From: the human T2T-CHM13v2.0 reference genome, Homo sapiens
DNA length: 64,000 nucleotides
Strand: one strand, 5' to 3'
NCBI RefSeq assembly: GCF_009914755.1
Contig: NC_060925.1
Position 1 is the stretch's first letter, and the number at the start of each line of letters is the position of its first letter. This document shows, piece by piece, positions 46,359 to 61,212 of the stretch. The position numbers and the translations under genes are program-made. The notes beneath the pieces were generated by a model that was given only the letters and a program-made list of their open reading frames with translations, was not told the DNA's origin and did no database searches.

Positions 46359-47942
46359 CAGCAGTCCCCTTCTATCCGAGGGGGATACATTTCTTTCCTT
46401 TTTAAAAAAACTTTTATTTTAGATTTGGGGGTACATGTGAAGGTTTGTTACACAGTTAACTCGTGTCATAGGGGTTTGTTGTACAAATTATTTCATCAGG
46501 TATTAAGCCCAGTACTCAACAGTTATCTTTTCTTCTCCTCTCCCTCCTCCCACCCTTCACCCTCCACCCTCAAGCAGACCCCAGTGTCTATTGTTCCCTT
46601 CCTTGTGTTCATGAATTCTCATTATATAGCTCCCACTTATAAATGAGAACGTGCAGTATTTGGTTTTCTATTCCTGCATTAGTTTGCTATGGGTAATAGC
46701 CTCCAGCTCCATCCACGTTCCTGCAAAATACATGATCTTGTTCTTTTTTATGGCTGCATAGTATTCTGTGATGTATATGTACCACATTTTCTTTATCTAG
46801 TCTGTCACTGATGGGCATTTAGGTTGATTCTATGTCTTTGCTATTGTGAATAGTACTGCAGTGAACATTCACGTGCATGTGTCTTTATGGTAGAATGATT
46901 TATGTACCTCTTGGTATATACCCAGTAATGGGATTGCTGGGTTGAATGGTAGTTCTGCTTTTAGCTCTTTGAGGAACCGCCATACTGCTTTCCATAATGG
47001 TTGAACTAATTTACACTCCCACCAACAGTGAATACATGTTCCCTGTTCTCCACAACCTTGCCAGCATCAGTTATTTTTTGACTTTTTAATAATAGCTATT
47101 CTGACTTGTGTGAGACGGTATCTTCTGGGTTTGATTTGCATTTCTCTAGTGATCAGTGATATTGACCTTTTTTTTCATATGCTTGTTGGCTTCATGTATG
47201 TCTTCTTTTGAAGTGTCTGTCCCTGTTTTTTTGTCCACTTTTTAATGGGGTTCTCTCTTGTAAATTTAAGTTATTTACAGATGCTGGGTATTAGACCTTT
47301 GTTAGATGCATAGTTTGCAAATATTTTCTCCCATTCTATAAGTTGTCTATTTACTCTGTTGACAGTTTCTTTTGCTGTGCAGAGGCTCTTAAGTTAATTA
47401 GATCCTATCTGTCAATTTTTGCTTTTGTTGCAATTGCTTTTGATGTCTTTATCATGAAATCTTTGCCAGTTTCTATGTCCAGGATGGTATTGCCTAGGTT
47501 GTCTTCCAGGGTTATAATAGTTTTGGGTTTTACATTTAAGTCTTTAATCCATCTTGAGTTAATTTTTGTATGTGGTGTAAGGAAGGGGTCCAACTTCAAT
47601 CTTCTGCATATGGCTAGCCAGTTATCCCAGCACCATTTACTGAATAGGAAGTCTTTTCAGGGGGATGCATTTCAAAATCCCCAGTGAATGCCTGAATGGT
47701 GGATAGTACCAAATCCTACATATATTATTTTTTCATATATATATATATATGTTTAAATTATAATTAGGCACAGTAAGAGATCAGCAACAATCACTAATAA
47801 AATAGAACAATTATAACAACATACTGTCATAAAAGTTATGTGTATGTGGTATCCTTTCCTCTCCTCTCAAAACATCTTATTATGCTGTATCACAGGTAAC
47901 TGAAACTGCAGAAAGTGAAACCATGGATAAGAAAGGCTACTG
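46359..47942 (+). mobile_element. MER44 (Tigger7-derived) split by an L1
   Basis: ta|cagcagtcccct...atcc start; ggataagaaaggctactg end; body at 47659-47942. Confidence 0.85.
46394..47658 (-). mobile_element. 5'-truncated L1PA13/14-like element
   Basis: Antisense 3'UTR plus ORF2 end ([21 protein letters not shown]); 15-bp TSD agggggat(a/g)catttc. Confidence 0.92.
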
Positions 47943-48159
47943 CACACAGTGAGGACTAGATTTAGTATCTACCTTCATAATCTCAATCCTTAAAAAAGGA
48001 GTTTATAATCCTTTATAGGGAACTCATTTTAAAAACAAATCTTATTCAGAAGTCTAATCTAAAAATAAGTAAAGGTTCAAGGAAGAATGTTCAAAGGAAG
48101 AAAACCTTTAGGCATCTCTGTAGGAATTCACAGAACAGTTTGAAACTACCACGCTGGTA

Positions 48160-48420
48160 GGCAGGCCTCCCCCAACATTTGTGTGGGCCTGGGGCAAGAG
48201 TATAAACGGAGCAGCCTACGCAGGGCTCCAACCCATATCACAAAGGTCCTCACAGACGTGAGTATAGACATTTCAGTTTACATGTTCAAATGCAACACAC
48301 TCCCTCACCTTTCGCTCACTTGCCCCTTGGCCACCCTTCAGGCCTAGGGGCACATGTATCAACAGCAAGATCTGCCGTTGGTTGATCCTGAGAGTGAGCT
48401 GGGTCATTTGGACTGGTCTC
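48160..48420 (+). mobile_element. Possible hAT-Tip100-family fragment
   Basis: gggcctggggcaagagtataaacggag resembles Tip100-type ends; weak. Confidence 0.35.
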
Positions 48421-49039
48421 TATATAAAGTCCACTGCATAACTGATGGAAGATGTGATTTTAAAAGTACTAAGCAGCTATAAATTTTATATTTTCGGAAG
48501 GGAGAAATAAAAGAGAGACACAGAGAGATGATTATCGTATACCTCAGCTTTCTTCTTCCATCTCTAAACTAATACCTTCTACTACAGTTTAAAGAGATTC
48601 TCTATATTTCCTTCAACTTACTCAGTTTTTAAAATGTTAAAATAAAAAAAATTTCTAAAAAATAAAAAACTGTTAGACAAGTAACAGTTGCATGAAACAA
48701 AATCAGTCCATTGCAGAGATTTCTGAGCAGTAAGTCATGACAACATGGGCACTGTGGTCTCTAATGCATAACCTTCATCTAAGAGTACATCAAATTTATC
48801 TTTAGAACAAAGTATTTAGCATCCACCACTCAAGAATGTCTATCTGATATATGTGTTACAGCATACTTATTTATTCCTGCCACACACAAGTTTCTAGAGA
48901 ACAAATAAGCATATTGACCAGATATATCAAGAAAGTCACGAAGCATTCAAATAAACTTAAGATTGAGTGTTCATAATCTGAATTCTTTTTTTCTTTTCCA
49001 TAAATTTGGATGCATCGTTTCTTTGAGGCAATATTATTT

Positions 49040-49560
49040 CTACTCTAAGTATTCTTAGCTTATATCAAACATATTAAGTGATGTGCCAAGTAGTATGTTA
49101 GGAGTTAAGAAAAGGAAAAATATCAAAGTCCCTATTCTCAAGGACCCTGGAGTCTAATAGATGGAGACAACTGTAATAAAGAATGATAAATTACAAGACA
49201 GATTAAACAAAGGATATCACAGAAGCACAAAAGAGGGGGGTTTAAAGGGAGGTTGTAGTTAGAGGAAAAGGAGTGAGGTTAGGTCAGGGTCTTCCTCAGA
49301 AAGGTGATAACTTTAGTAAAGAGGGTATGGGGAAAAGAACTGTGTGTTTGTGTGTGTGCATATGCACATGTACATGTGTTTTAGGCTGAGGGAGTATCTA
49401 TCTATAAAGGAACAATCATTTTGCATATTTTATAATACTGTATGTCAAACATTACACAAGAGACCACTAGGAATATTGAAGAAACAGAAAACATGGTCCC
49501 TGCATTCAAAGAACTTACAATCCACTGGAAAGACAACACAAAGTGGACAATGAAGTAAAT
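49040..49560 (-). mobile_element. L2 fragments
   Basis: atgtgccaag...gtccctattctcaagg and ggtccctgcattcaaagaacttacaatc. Confidence 0.65.
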
Positions 49561-52500
49561 ATAATACAGTAACATTAGTTAAATATAGATTTTATATTTT
49601 TGTACAAATATACATTTACACAAGTATTATATACATATAAAGTGTATTCACATATATCATTCTCCAACAGTTCTGTATTATGGAACTATCGTGTGTGTGT
49701 GTTTCTGAGAGCAGAGGTTGCTTGTCTAAATTTTAAATTACTTAGTTATACATTTTCTACTATGCTTTCTCAAACTCAGGTATACAAATGTAGTCTCTGA
49801 CTTCATTTGGCTTCCAAATGACCCATTAAAAAACTCCACCTATGTTCTCCAATTTGCCATCAGAGAGGAGTTGTTTTATTATTATTTTAATGTGTATGCA
49901 AACTTATGGAAAACATGTGGGTTCCAAGACAAATAAAGGGCAGAAACTGTTTAAAAAGAAAACATGCTGAAAAACAATCTGATGTTGGACTGCCTTGTTT
50001 ATTAGTTCTGTTTAAAAAATGTTCTCTAAAATGCCTTAATTTTTTTCACTTTATTTTGACAAACTAACTGAAAATTGATAAACTGAAAATTTATCATAGA
50101 TCATTTGGTATTGGAAAACTTGGATTTGAATCTTGACTGTATAGTAGCTCTGTGACTTTGGGTTATTTTATAAAGAAAAAAACATTTCACAGATGATTAT
50201 AAGGAAAAAAGAGATCAAATATATATATATATTTTGTACAATTATTTTACAAATAACAAGTGCTCAGCCAATAGGATTATATCTAAATTTGCATCTTTTC
50301 TTTAAAAATACAACTGTATATGGGAATTCTAGACAGTTGTTAGTGATTCATCACACGAATGAATCAGTTTAACCTGATTGTTTTTCTCCTAACTCCTACT
50401 TGAGATAGGAAGCACTGAAGGTCTGGCAGGTAGATACAGAGTTTAGAATTACAAACCTGATACCACAAAATTAGATGTGGATATTTTATAATTTTGAAAT
50501 TCTCATCTTCCCGACAGCTCTCTCCTAACCTACCCTCTGAGTCCTAATTTCTGGAGTTGGGGCCTACTTTTTTAAAAGATCTATAGTTGACTCTTGGTGA
50601 TCCAGGTTTCAGAACTTCTGAGATATACAAAGTAAGCTCACCAATTTCACCAAAGTGAGGAACACTGGATAAAAATGTTTGGTCATAAGAGGTAGGGCCT
50701 TGAGAGTTAATCATAAAAATTGAGAAATGATTCATAGAGAAGAAAACCACTAGAGGTTTTTGATCACAGAATCATTTAGATATGAAGTGGAATCTAGACA
50801 ATGAAGTTTATGGAAGACTAATCTGTCACAATTATTTAGGATTAAAAAAAGTCACATAAGAAGTTGCCACAATAATTCACACATGAAGAAATGATAGTTT
50901 GGACTAGTGAAGTATCAACAGGAGTGGAATATTTACTACGAAGCTCTTCACACCTTACAAGGTCAACAACTGCAGATCACAAGAATTCCTTTCCCCACAG
51001 TCACGTGGTAGTTGAACCTGAGTGGCAATAATGTTATCAAATGATAAACAGAATACCAAAGTGTTATACTAATTAAGTTACGACGGTGATGATGATGGAT
51101 AAACAACAATATACCACATAAAAGAACAACCAAGATTTTGATAACTCAATAGGAATTTAAGGTTATGAACAGAATGGGACAGAGGGAAACCTTTCCTAGT
51201 AACATACTAGCCTAATGGTTTTAATACACATGGTTCTTTTGTTGTTACTTTTTATTATATAAATATTTATATATACAGAAAAGTAGACACCTATTACACA
51301 GATTCAACAATTAACTTTCTGTCCTATCTATCTTTGCTGAAGTAGATTAAATAAGTTACAGACATCATGACATCTTGTCTCTAAATATATCAGTATGCAC
51401 CTAAAAACAAAAACATATTCCTATGTAACCACAATACCATTGTTACACCTAAAAGACTTAATGCTAATTCCATGAAATTAATGTTACATGGTCCTCTTAA
51501 CTTTTATGGTTACATATAAATCATGATAATATAGGCCTGTTATTTTTCTCCCATAAAGCAATTCTATACATTATTTTTGAATTATTAGTGGGAAAGTTAG
51601 TTCTCAAGATTAATCAACGTCGCAAATCCTTTGGATTTTACCGGCAATGTGAGAGAAGCTCCTCTGTCATGTAAAAAATGCATCCTTAGAGAATGTTCAT
51701 TTGATAACAAGTAGAAGTCACTTGGAATTTCATACATAGTGCTTCCATAAGATTTTCCAGTGTTCTTGAGAGTATCACTTACTTCTTTCCAAGTGTCATG
51801 GGTACAGACTGAACATCAGCAAGAACCATGGCATGCTCAAGACTTTGCCCTTAACAGAACCAAGACCTCTGGCCAGTGTCAGATAATCTGTCACTATAAG
51901 CTACTTGTATCCAAGCCAGATATTTATTGCTATTGATCTGCCTGGTCCTAGCAAAAGACTTTTGTTCTCCCAGACCGGGACTTTGACCTCAATTAAGTTA
52001 TGAATTTCAATCCGATAGACTGCTCCACTTACCCTACTGCTCTCCCTGACTGGATTAATTAGAATTAGCTAGGCCGAGAGTCACCCCGAGCTCCTCATGG
52101 ATCATGTTATTTTAATAATAAATAAAGGAATAGCAGCAATGTACAAGAAGTATTTTGAAATATTGCTCATCTAGAAACATCATTCAGAACCTGCCAATAT
52201 CAATTTCTCTGACTTTGATTACCTCATTTATTTTTTATTTCTTTTCATTCACTGAAATTTCTCCTAATTTCAGCTTTCCAAACATGTTCTTTGAATACGA
52301 AAATCAAAGTACTTGCCATTTTAGCACTTTGCTGCTATTTCAGAGTTTCATTAGAGAGTAACTCATCAAAGCAGTCATTTGCAAAAATGTAACTTAAAAC
52401 ATTCAATAATCTAAGAGCATCAAGAAAAAAACATATCATCATCTAGGGAAAAGAGTACTAGCCTTTACCTAAATGCACTTTTCCTATAGCTGGCTAATGC

Positions 52501-52701
52501 ATAAAATGCAGACAAATAGAATGTCACTGCAAGAGCAATATCCAAGCTTACAAAGAACAAGAATGTGTAAAACACATTTATGTTTAACCCATAATCCATT
52601 GGGACCAGATTACATACTGGCCAGTGGGAATTCTAAATCATGTTGATACTAACAATGACTAGTGGGATCAGAAATTGCTAAATATACTATATGGTCCTAA
52701 T

Positions 52702-52745
52702 TTTATTATTTAACCTCCAGACATTTATTATTTAACCTCCAGACA
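52702..52745. repeat. Perfect 22-bp tandem duplication
   Basis: tttattatttaacctccagaca x2. Confidence 0.95.
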
Positions 52746-54363
52746 TTAAAAAAAGTAATTTAAAAATGTAAAGAATATTATTTAAGAATCTTTGCATTCT
52801 GGGACATAGTTTTTGGTATTTGATAATGAAATTATAAAATTTTTAGAAAGTGTAAAGAAAATCCTAAAGCCATATACATTATCAATTGATATTTTTGATG
52901 TAGTAAAAACCCTTTTACTTATTTATTTATTGAAATTCTAATTTTTGATTGGCTCCAGGTAACATAAAGAAAATATTTAATTAGAATGCCCAGGTAGTGA
53001 TTTCAATATTAAAAGCAATGCAAAATTAACACATAAACTCTGCCCTTAAATTGGCAAGAATTACAAGTATATTTGGAAGGCACATCCTTAGTGCAAAAAG
53101 ATATGCCACAACATAATAAATCAGTGTTTTATCAAACCACTAAAAATGGAAGTTTTCTCATCAAATAATCTTGTAGAAAAGAAACTGGCATGCATGAAAG
53201 TGATTCCCATAATGAAAAATAAACCATTACATATTTTTTAAGTACAGCAACTGGATTTAATCTCCACATGCCCCTCTCCCCACTTACTCTCACATGCACA
53301 CTCGCTGCAGAGTATGTAAAACTTTCACTCATTTTAGAGAAGAGTTTAGTATTTTACTATGGAAAGGTGCTACACTCAAGTGCTAGTAAACATTTCTTCC
53401 TCAGTACCTGAAACATAGTAGTAATCTAGGAAGGAAGTAAAACTGATATGGAGAGACTGTTTACAATGTGTGAGAGAATCAAGGATTAAGAAAATAATTT
53501 GAAGGCTAAGAGTGTTTTCACAATTATCCACTCAGCAGAAAAAGAAGATCAACTGACAAAATGTATTGTGTTTTTGGTAAAGAGCTTCTGTTTTCACACC
53601 TGACTTTCGCTGACCTGCCTATTCTTAAGTGGAATTAAAGTAATTCTTTAGAAAATCAACAGGTGACTTAACACATTAGCCCAGACTTTTCAAAAGACTC
53701 TTGAATTAAAATCACAAAGACACTATGTGACGGAAAACAGGAAACATATTTACACCTTCACTTACAGATAAAATATTTGAAATAAAGACAATGACTTAAC
53801 ATCATATAAATGGTATAAGAATTATATTGAAGTATAGAAATTAGAGATCTAAAAACCTCAAACATATGAAAAACTTAAAAACAGTAAACATTTTATAGCA
53901 AAAGTATTAAACATTTAAGAATTTAATAAGAAATGTGTAAAACCTATATGAGAAAAAAATGTAAAACTCCTGAAAGATGCAAATTAGACTAGATCAAATG
54001 GAAAGACACCCTATATTCTTGTATTGGTGACTCAATATTATAAAGATGTCAGTTTTCCCTAACTTATAAATTCAATGCAATCCCAATAAAAATACCAATA
54101 AGCTATTTTATGGAGTTACATAAATTATTATGAAACTTCATATTTCAAAGAGTGCAATAACCAGGAAAACACTTAAAAAGAAAAACTATGAAAGAGAAAT
54201 ACCTATTCTAGACATTAATACCTATTATAAAGCCTTTTAATTAAAATAATGTACATGCACAAAAGAAGCAGTGGAAGAGGTTATGAAGTCCAAAATTAAA
54301 CCCCAAACATAAGGAAATACAATATAAGACAAAGGTGGCATCTCAAATCATGAGGGAACAGAC

Positions 54364-54652
54364 TTTTTTTTTTTGAGACAAGGTCTCTGTCACCCAGGCT
54401 GGAGTGCAGTGGCACAATGACAGCTAACTGCAGTCTCGATCTCCTGGGCTCAGGTGATCCTCCTGCTTCAGCCTCATGAGTAGCTGGGACGAGAGGTGCA
54501 CACCACCATGCCTGGCTAATTTTTTTGTTATCTGTAGAGATGGGGTCTTGCTTTGTTGTGCAGGCTGTTCTTGAGCTCCTAGGCTCAAGGGATCATCCTG
54601 CCTTGACCTCCCAAAGTGCTGGAATTATAGGCGTGAGCCACTGTGCCCAGCT
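54364..54652 (-). mobile_element. AluJ nested in the L1MC
   Basis: TSD ggaa(c/t)agactttt. Confidence 0.92.
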
Positions 54653-56661
54653 GGAATAGACTTTTAAATAAATGGTGCCAGGAAAACAGGTAAGCCACTT
54701 GGAAGAAGACAAAATTAGATCCACATCTCCAATCATACATTTCAGAATCTAAGTGTAAACTATGAAACCATACGAGTACTAGAAGAAAATATGGAATCTC
54801 TCTTGAAAAGGCTTTTAATTATGACTTAAAATCCAGAGGCAATAAAATGACTAATAAATTTGATTATATAAAAATAAAAAGTTCTTGCATGATGAAAGAT
54901 ACCATAAACAAAATCAACAGACAAATGAAACAAAAATGGGCGAAAATATCTACAACATATACCACAAAGGGTTAATATCCATGGTATATAAAGAACTCTG
55001 AAAAAACTGAGTCACGAAAGGCCAAAAACCTGATAGAAAAATGGGGAAAAATGTGAACAGATAGTTCACCAAAACCAGGATATAAAAATAGCCCTGAAAT
55101 ACATAAAAATAAGAACTCACTCATAATTAGAGAAATGAAAACTAAAACAACACTGAGATGCCATTTCTCTATCAGGGCAATTCTAAAATGTGAGAGAGCA
55201 CAATCTATTGAAAAAGCTATAAGGAAACAGGCTCTCTTATGAACTGGTAGTGGGAATATAAATTAGTAAACCCTTCTAGAGGGAAATTTGGCAACATCTA
55301 ACAAAATACTACATATGCACCTACCTTTTCACCCAGTAATTCCACTTACAGGAATCTATCCTGAAGGTACACCTCCAACAACATGAAAATACATATGTAC
55401 AAGGTTATTAGTTGCAGCACTGTTTGTAATTGCAAAGCGTTAGACATTACCTAAATGCCCACAGAATAGGAGAGTGTTTCAATAAACTATGGTACATCCA
55501 CATAAGGGAGTACTATGCAGCTGTAAATAAAAATCTTCATGAAGTGATATGGAGTAACTCTAGGATACACTGTTAGGTGAAAAAGTGATGAGCAAAAGAG
55601 TATCTATAGTATGTTACCTTTCATGTAAAAAAAATGGGATATGAAAATGTGCACATACTCTCTCACTAGTGCAAAATAAATATAGAAAAGATAAATCAGA
55701 AACAAAGGAGACTGGTTACCTGTAGGGAGTGGGTGAAAAAGGACTGAAAAGACAGAGATGGCACTCAGGTAGCAGGAACGGGGGAAAAATAACAATCTCT
55801 GTGTACATCTATTTATACGCCTCTGATGCTCATATCTATAGTAATGTTTCAGATACCCCCCAAATAAACAAAACATTAAAGCCAACCATGTATTTGAAGT
55901 GAATCTAAAATCGCATACAAACACCCACAAATGAACCTGACCTGAATAACATAACTATACTGAAGGGAGTGGGGAAGAAACAAACATAAGTAACTTTGGA
56001 AAACAGTATGTTGAGTGGAAACCGTAAGGCTAATGGCAAAATGAAATATACATAAATGTTTTAACATAGTTAGTAAATGTTTCACACAGAGGTATGAGTT
56101 AACAATTCTGAAACTCCTTTATGCGTATATACTAGAGTTGAACAGAAAAAAAAACACTGCAAATAATAAGAGCTGAGTTTCTGTGAGAAAAAGTTATAAA
56201 TAAGGAAAGGCTAAACTAAACCCTGTAATTTTTGATTATAATCAAAGTATCAGTGTAAACACACGATATTCTATACAAATACAGATACAGAGATACAGAA
56301 ATAGAGTATGTGTACTTGCATGGATTAGTATACATACATACATTTTCTACATATACATATATTTTGTAGCTCTGGCCATTAAGAGAACCAAGAAACAATA
56401 CTGTTCCAAAAGGATTGAGCACATCTAGTGTCCAGCTCTTAGTTTTTAAACACATTTTCTAATAAAGGGAACCAGTGATCCTTGGAGAAATGGTTGGTGC
56501 CAGGACTAGAGTAGGGAAAATATAAGATGAACCTAGAATCGGGGGAAATAGCCAGTTCTTCCTTATAGAGGGTTCCAATTAGTAAATGTAAAAGAAAAGA
56601 GGAAAACAGAAAATCACCATTAGGCAAATACCACAATAACAACTGTTGGAGACACAACTCA

Positions 56662-57010
<349 letters not shown>

Positions 57011-59006
57011 GCCATAAGTTTGAGGAGAAACAGGATTTGCATAGTGTTCAAGTATCTCACTCCACCCCATATTTATTAACTACAAAGAAAAGACAGCAAC
57101 TTTACAGTAAAGAAATCAGGCAGACACTATCATAACGAAGTGATCAAGGTTAACATCTCCAGTAATCAGACATAATATTATGAATCCCTTAATATGATGC
57201 ACTAAGAAGGGCATATCACTTCTGTGATATTCTTGCCAAAAATGCATAACCTAATTCCAATCAAGAGAAAACATCAGACAAACCCAAGTGAGGAACATTC
57301 TACAAACTAATTAGTTATCTTCAAAAGCATAAGGATAATTAAAGTATAAGGAACGACTAAGGAACTGAATAACTAAATCCAAATTACAATACTGGATAGG
57401 ATCTTGGAACAGAAAACATTCTTGATATTAGTAGAAAAACTGTTGAAATTCAAATAAGGTCTGTAATTTAAACAATAGTATCATACCAATGTTAATGTCC
57501 TAATTTTGACAGTTATATTATGGTTATACAAGAAGTTAATTATTAGGGAAAGCTAGATGAGTAGTATACAGGAACTCTGCACTGCTTTTGCAACTTTTCT
57601 GTAGAGTCTAAAATTATTTCCAAATAAAAAATGAAAAAAATTCCAGTGTAAACTGTTAATGTTGGATTCAAGACAGAAAGCAGGAAATAGCTCCAGAGGC
57701 CTAGGGAATGTCCCCAGCCCAGCCCACTACAAGTGGCACCTGAGCACTCCCTGCTGGGGTTTGAGGTTGGGCCCACCCAGCCCACCACTGCCACCATAGA
57801 TGGCACCCCCCAGCATGTGCTACCTGCAGGTTTGGGCACTGGCCCACTCCACCCATCACAGCCACCACCACCACCAGTGGGGACCCTCTGCTTGGGTCCC
57901 AGAGGGTTGTCCCACCACTGCTACTGCCACTGCCCATGTCACACTCATTACCTAGGGGCTCGAGAACACACCCACCTGACTGACCCACCACTGCCATTTT
58001 TGGCACCCAAGTAAGTTACCTGGAAGCCTACAAGTCAGCCTGCCTGGACCTGCTAATACCAATGCCAGGGTACACCACCCTGGGGTCTAAAGACTGGCCC
58101 ACTTGGCATCCCAGTCCCCAGAAAAACTTCACTAACAACTGTATGCTAAGCCACCAAGGAAATCACAGGTAACACTGATGCTATTTACAGTTGAAGAAAT
58201 CATCCAGAAATTACACTACCAGAATCAAAACCAAAGTGCCCTACCTACCCAACACCATAGATATATCTGTAGGAAAAAGTTCTCTCCTACAAAAGCAAAT
58301 TCAAAAACTGGAAGAAGTGACTGTCACAACAGATTGCAGGTATCAATGTAAGGACCTAAGAAACATGAAAAAGCAAAGGAATATGATACTTCCAAAGGAA
58401 CATAATAATTCTCCAGCAACATATCCCAATCATAAAGAAACTCATGAAATTCCTGAAAAAGAATTCAAAAAATTGATACTAAATAAGCTCAGTGAAATAC
58501 AAGGGAATTCTGAAAAACAACACACAGAAATCAGAAAAACAATTCAGGATATGAATGAGAAATTTGTCAGAGGTAGATATAATAAAAAAGAACTAAACAG
58601 AAATTCTGAAACTGAAGAATTCATTGAATAAAATACAAAATATATTCAAAAGCTTCAACAACAGAATAGATCAAACAGAAGAAAAAAAATCTCAGAACTT
58701 GAAGACAGGTCTTCGCAGATACCTCAGCCAAACAAACATAAAGAAAAGAGAACAAAAAAACAATGAGTAAAACCTTTGTGACATATGGGCCACCATAAAA
58801 TGACCAAATAGGCAAAGTATTGGAACCCCAGAAGGCAAAGAGAAAACAAAAGGTTAGAAAAACTATAATAATAAGTGAAAATTTCCCAAGTCTAGCAAGA
58901 AATTTAGACATCCAGATATAGGAAGCTCAAAGATCCCCAAATAGAAACAATGTAAAAATGTTTTCTCCACACCACATTATAGTCAAACTGTCAAAAGTCA
59001 AAGACA

Positions 59007-59318
59007 GGCCAAGCATAGTGGCTCATGCCTACAATTCCAGCACTTTGAGAGGTGAGGTAGGAGGATCACTTGAACCCAGTAGTTCGAGACCAGCCCGGGC
59101 AATATGGTGAAACTCCATTTCTACAAAAAATAAACAAGTCAGTTGAGCATGGTGACCCTCATCTGCAGTCCCAGCTACTTGGGAGGCTGAGGCAAGAAGA
59201 TTGCTTGAGCCCGGGAAATCATGGCTGCAGTGAGCCATTATCATGCTACTGGGTGACACAGTGAGATCATGTGGCAAAAACAAACAAAAACAAAAACAAA
59301 ACAAAACAAACAAAGAAC
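59007..59318 (+). mobile_element. AluJ nested in L1 ORF1
   Basis: TSD tcaaagaca. Confidence 0.9.
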
Positions 59319-59597
59319 AATCAAAGACAAAATTCTAAAACCAGAGAGAGAAAAGCATCTAATCACCTATACAGGAACCCCCATCAGAATAACAACAAAT
59401 TTCTCAGTAGAAACCTTACAGGCCAGGAGAGAATTGGATGATATATTCAAAGTCCTGAAGGAAAAAAATTGCCCAAGGATATTATACCCAGCACAATTAT
59501 CCTTTGGAAATGAAAAAGAAATAAAGTTGTTCCCAGACAAGCAAAAGCTGAGGGAATTCATCGCCCTAGACTGGTCCTACAAGACATGCTTAAGGGA

Positions 59598-59647
59598 TAC
59601 TCAGTATAATAACATGCTGTATAGGTTTTTAAAAGTTAAAAAAAAAA
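59598..59647 (+). other. 50-bp orphan poly(A)-tailed retro-insertion
   Basis: Non-L1 sequence plus A tail between atg(c/g)ttaaggga repeats. Confidence 0.75.
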
Positions 59648-60850
59648 ATGGTTAAGGGAGTCCTACACCCAGAAGTGAAACAACAATAACTACCATCATG
59701 AAGACACGTGAAAATATAAAAACCACTGGTGGAGCAAACACACAAATCAAGAAAGAGAAAAACCTCAAATGTTACCACTACAGAATACCACTAAACTACA
59801 ATGATAAAAAATAAGAGAGAAATAAAGGAACAAAGGATATACAAAACAACCAGAAATCAAGCAATAAAATGGTAGGAATAAGCTCTCATATATCAATAAT
59901 AACCTTAAATGTGAGTAAATTAAATTTTCCACTTTAAAGACACACAGTGGCTGAATGGCTTTTAAAAATGACTCAACTATATACTGCCTACGAGAAACTC
60001 ATCTCACCTGTAAAGACACATACAGCCTGAATATGAGAGGATGAAAAAGATATTCCATGCAAACAGAAACCAAAAGCAAGCAGGAGTAGCTATACTTTTA
60101 TCAGACAAAATGAACTTTAAGTCAAAACCAGTAAAAAGAGACAATGAAGGTCATTATATAATAATAAAGGATTAATTTAGAAAGAGGTTACAATTGTAAA
60201 CATACACCCAACATCGCAGCACCCAGATATTATATCAAGCAAATATTATTAGATTTAAAGGGCGGGATAGACTCCAATACAATAACAATTGGGGACTTTA
60301 ATACACCATTTTCGCCACCAGACAGAAATCATCTAGACAGAAAGTCAACAAAGAAATACTGGATTTAAACTGCACATTAGACCAAAAGGACTTAAGAGAT
60401 ATTTACAGAACGTTTTGTCCAACAGCTACAAAATACACATTCTTATCATCAGCATGCAGAAAATTCTCCAGGACAGACCATACATTAGGTCACAAAACAA
60501 GTCTCAACAAATTTTAAAAAACTGAAATCATATCAAGTATCTTCTCAATCCACAATGGAATAAAACTAGAAATCAATAACAACAGGAACTTTGGAAACTG
60601 TATAAATACATGGAAATTAGACAACATGCTCCTGAATCACCATTGGGTCAAGAGAAAAATTAAGGAGGAAATAAAAAAAATTTATTGAACCAAATGAAAA
60701 TCAAAACACAAGGTACCAAAACCTATGGGATACAGTAAAAACAGTGTTAAGAAGGAAGTTTATAGCAATATAAACCTTCATCAAAAAAGTAGAAATATTT
60801 CAAATGAACAATCTAACAAGTCACCTCAAGGAACTAGAAAAACAAGAACA

Positions 60851-61212
<362 letters not shown>

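Noticed and set aside
48543-48563. Possible 21-nt minus-strand micro-exon
   Set aside because: Poor polypyrimidine tract and weak donor (gtatac).
51783-51947. Possible minus-strand exon (ttttgctag ... gaa|gtaagt)
   Set aside because: Multiple stops and no other support; such site pairs are common by chance.
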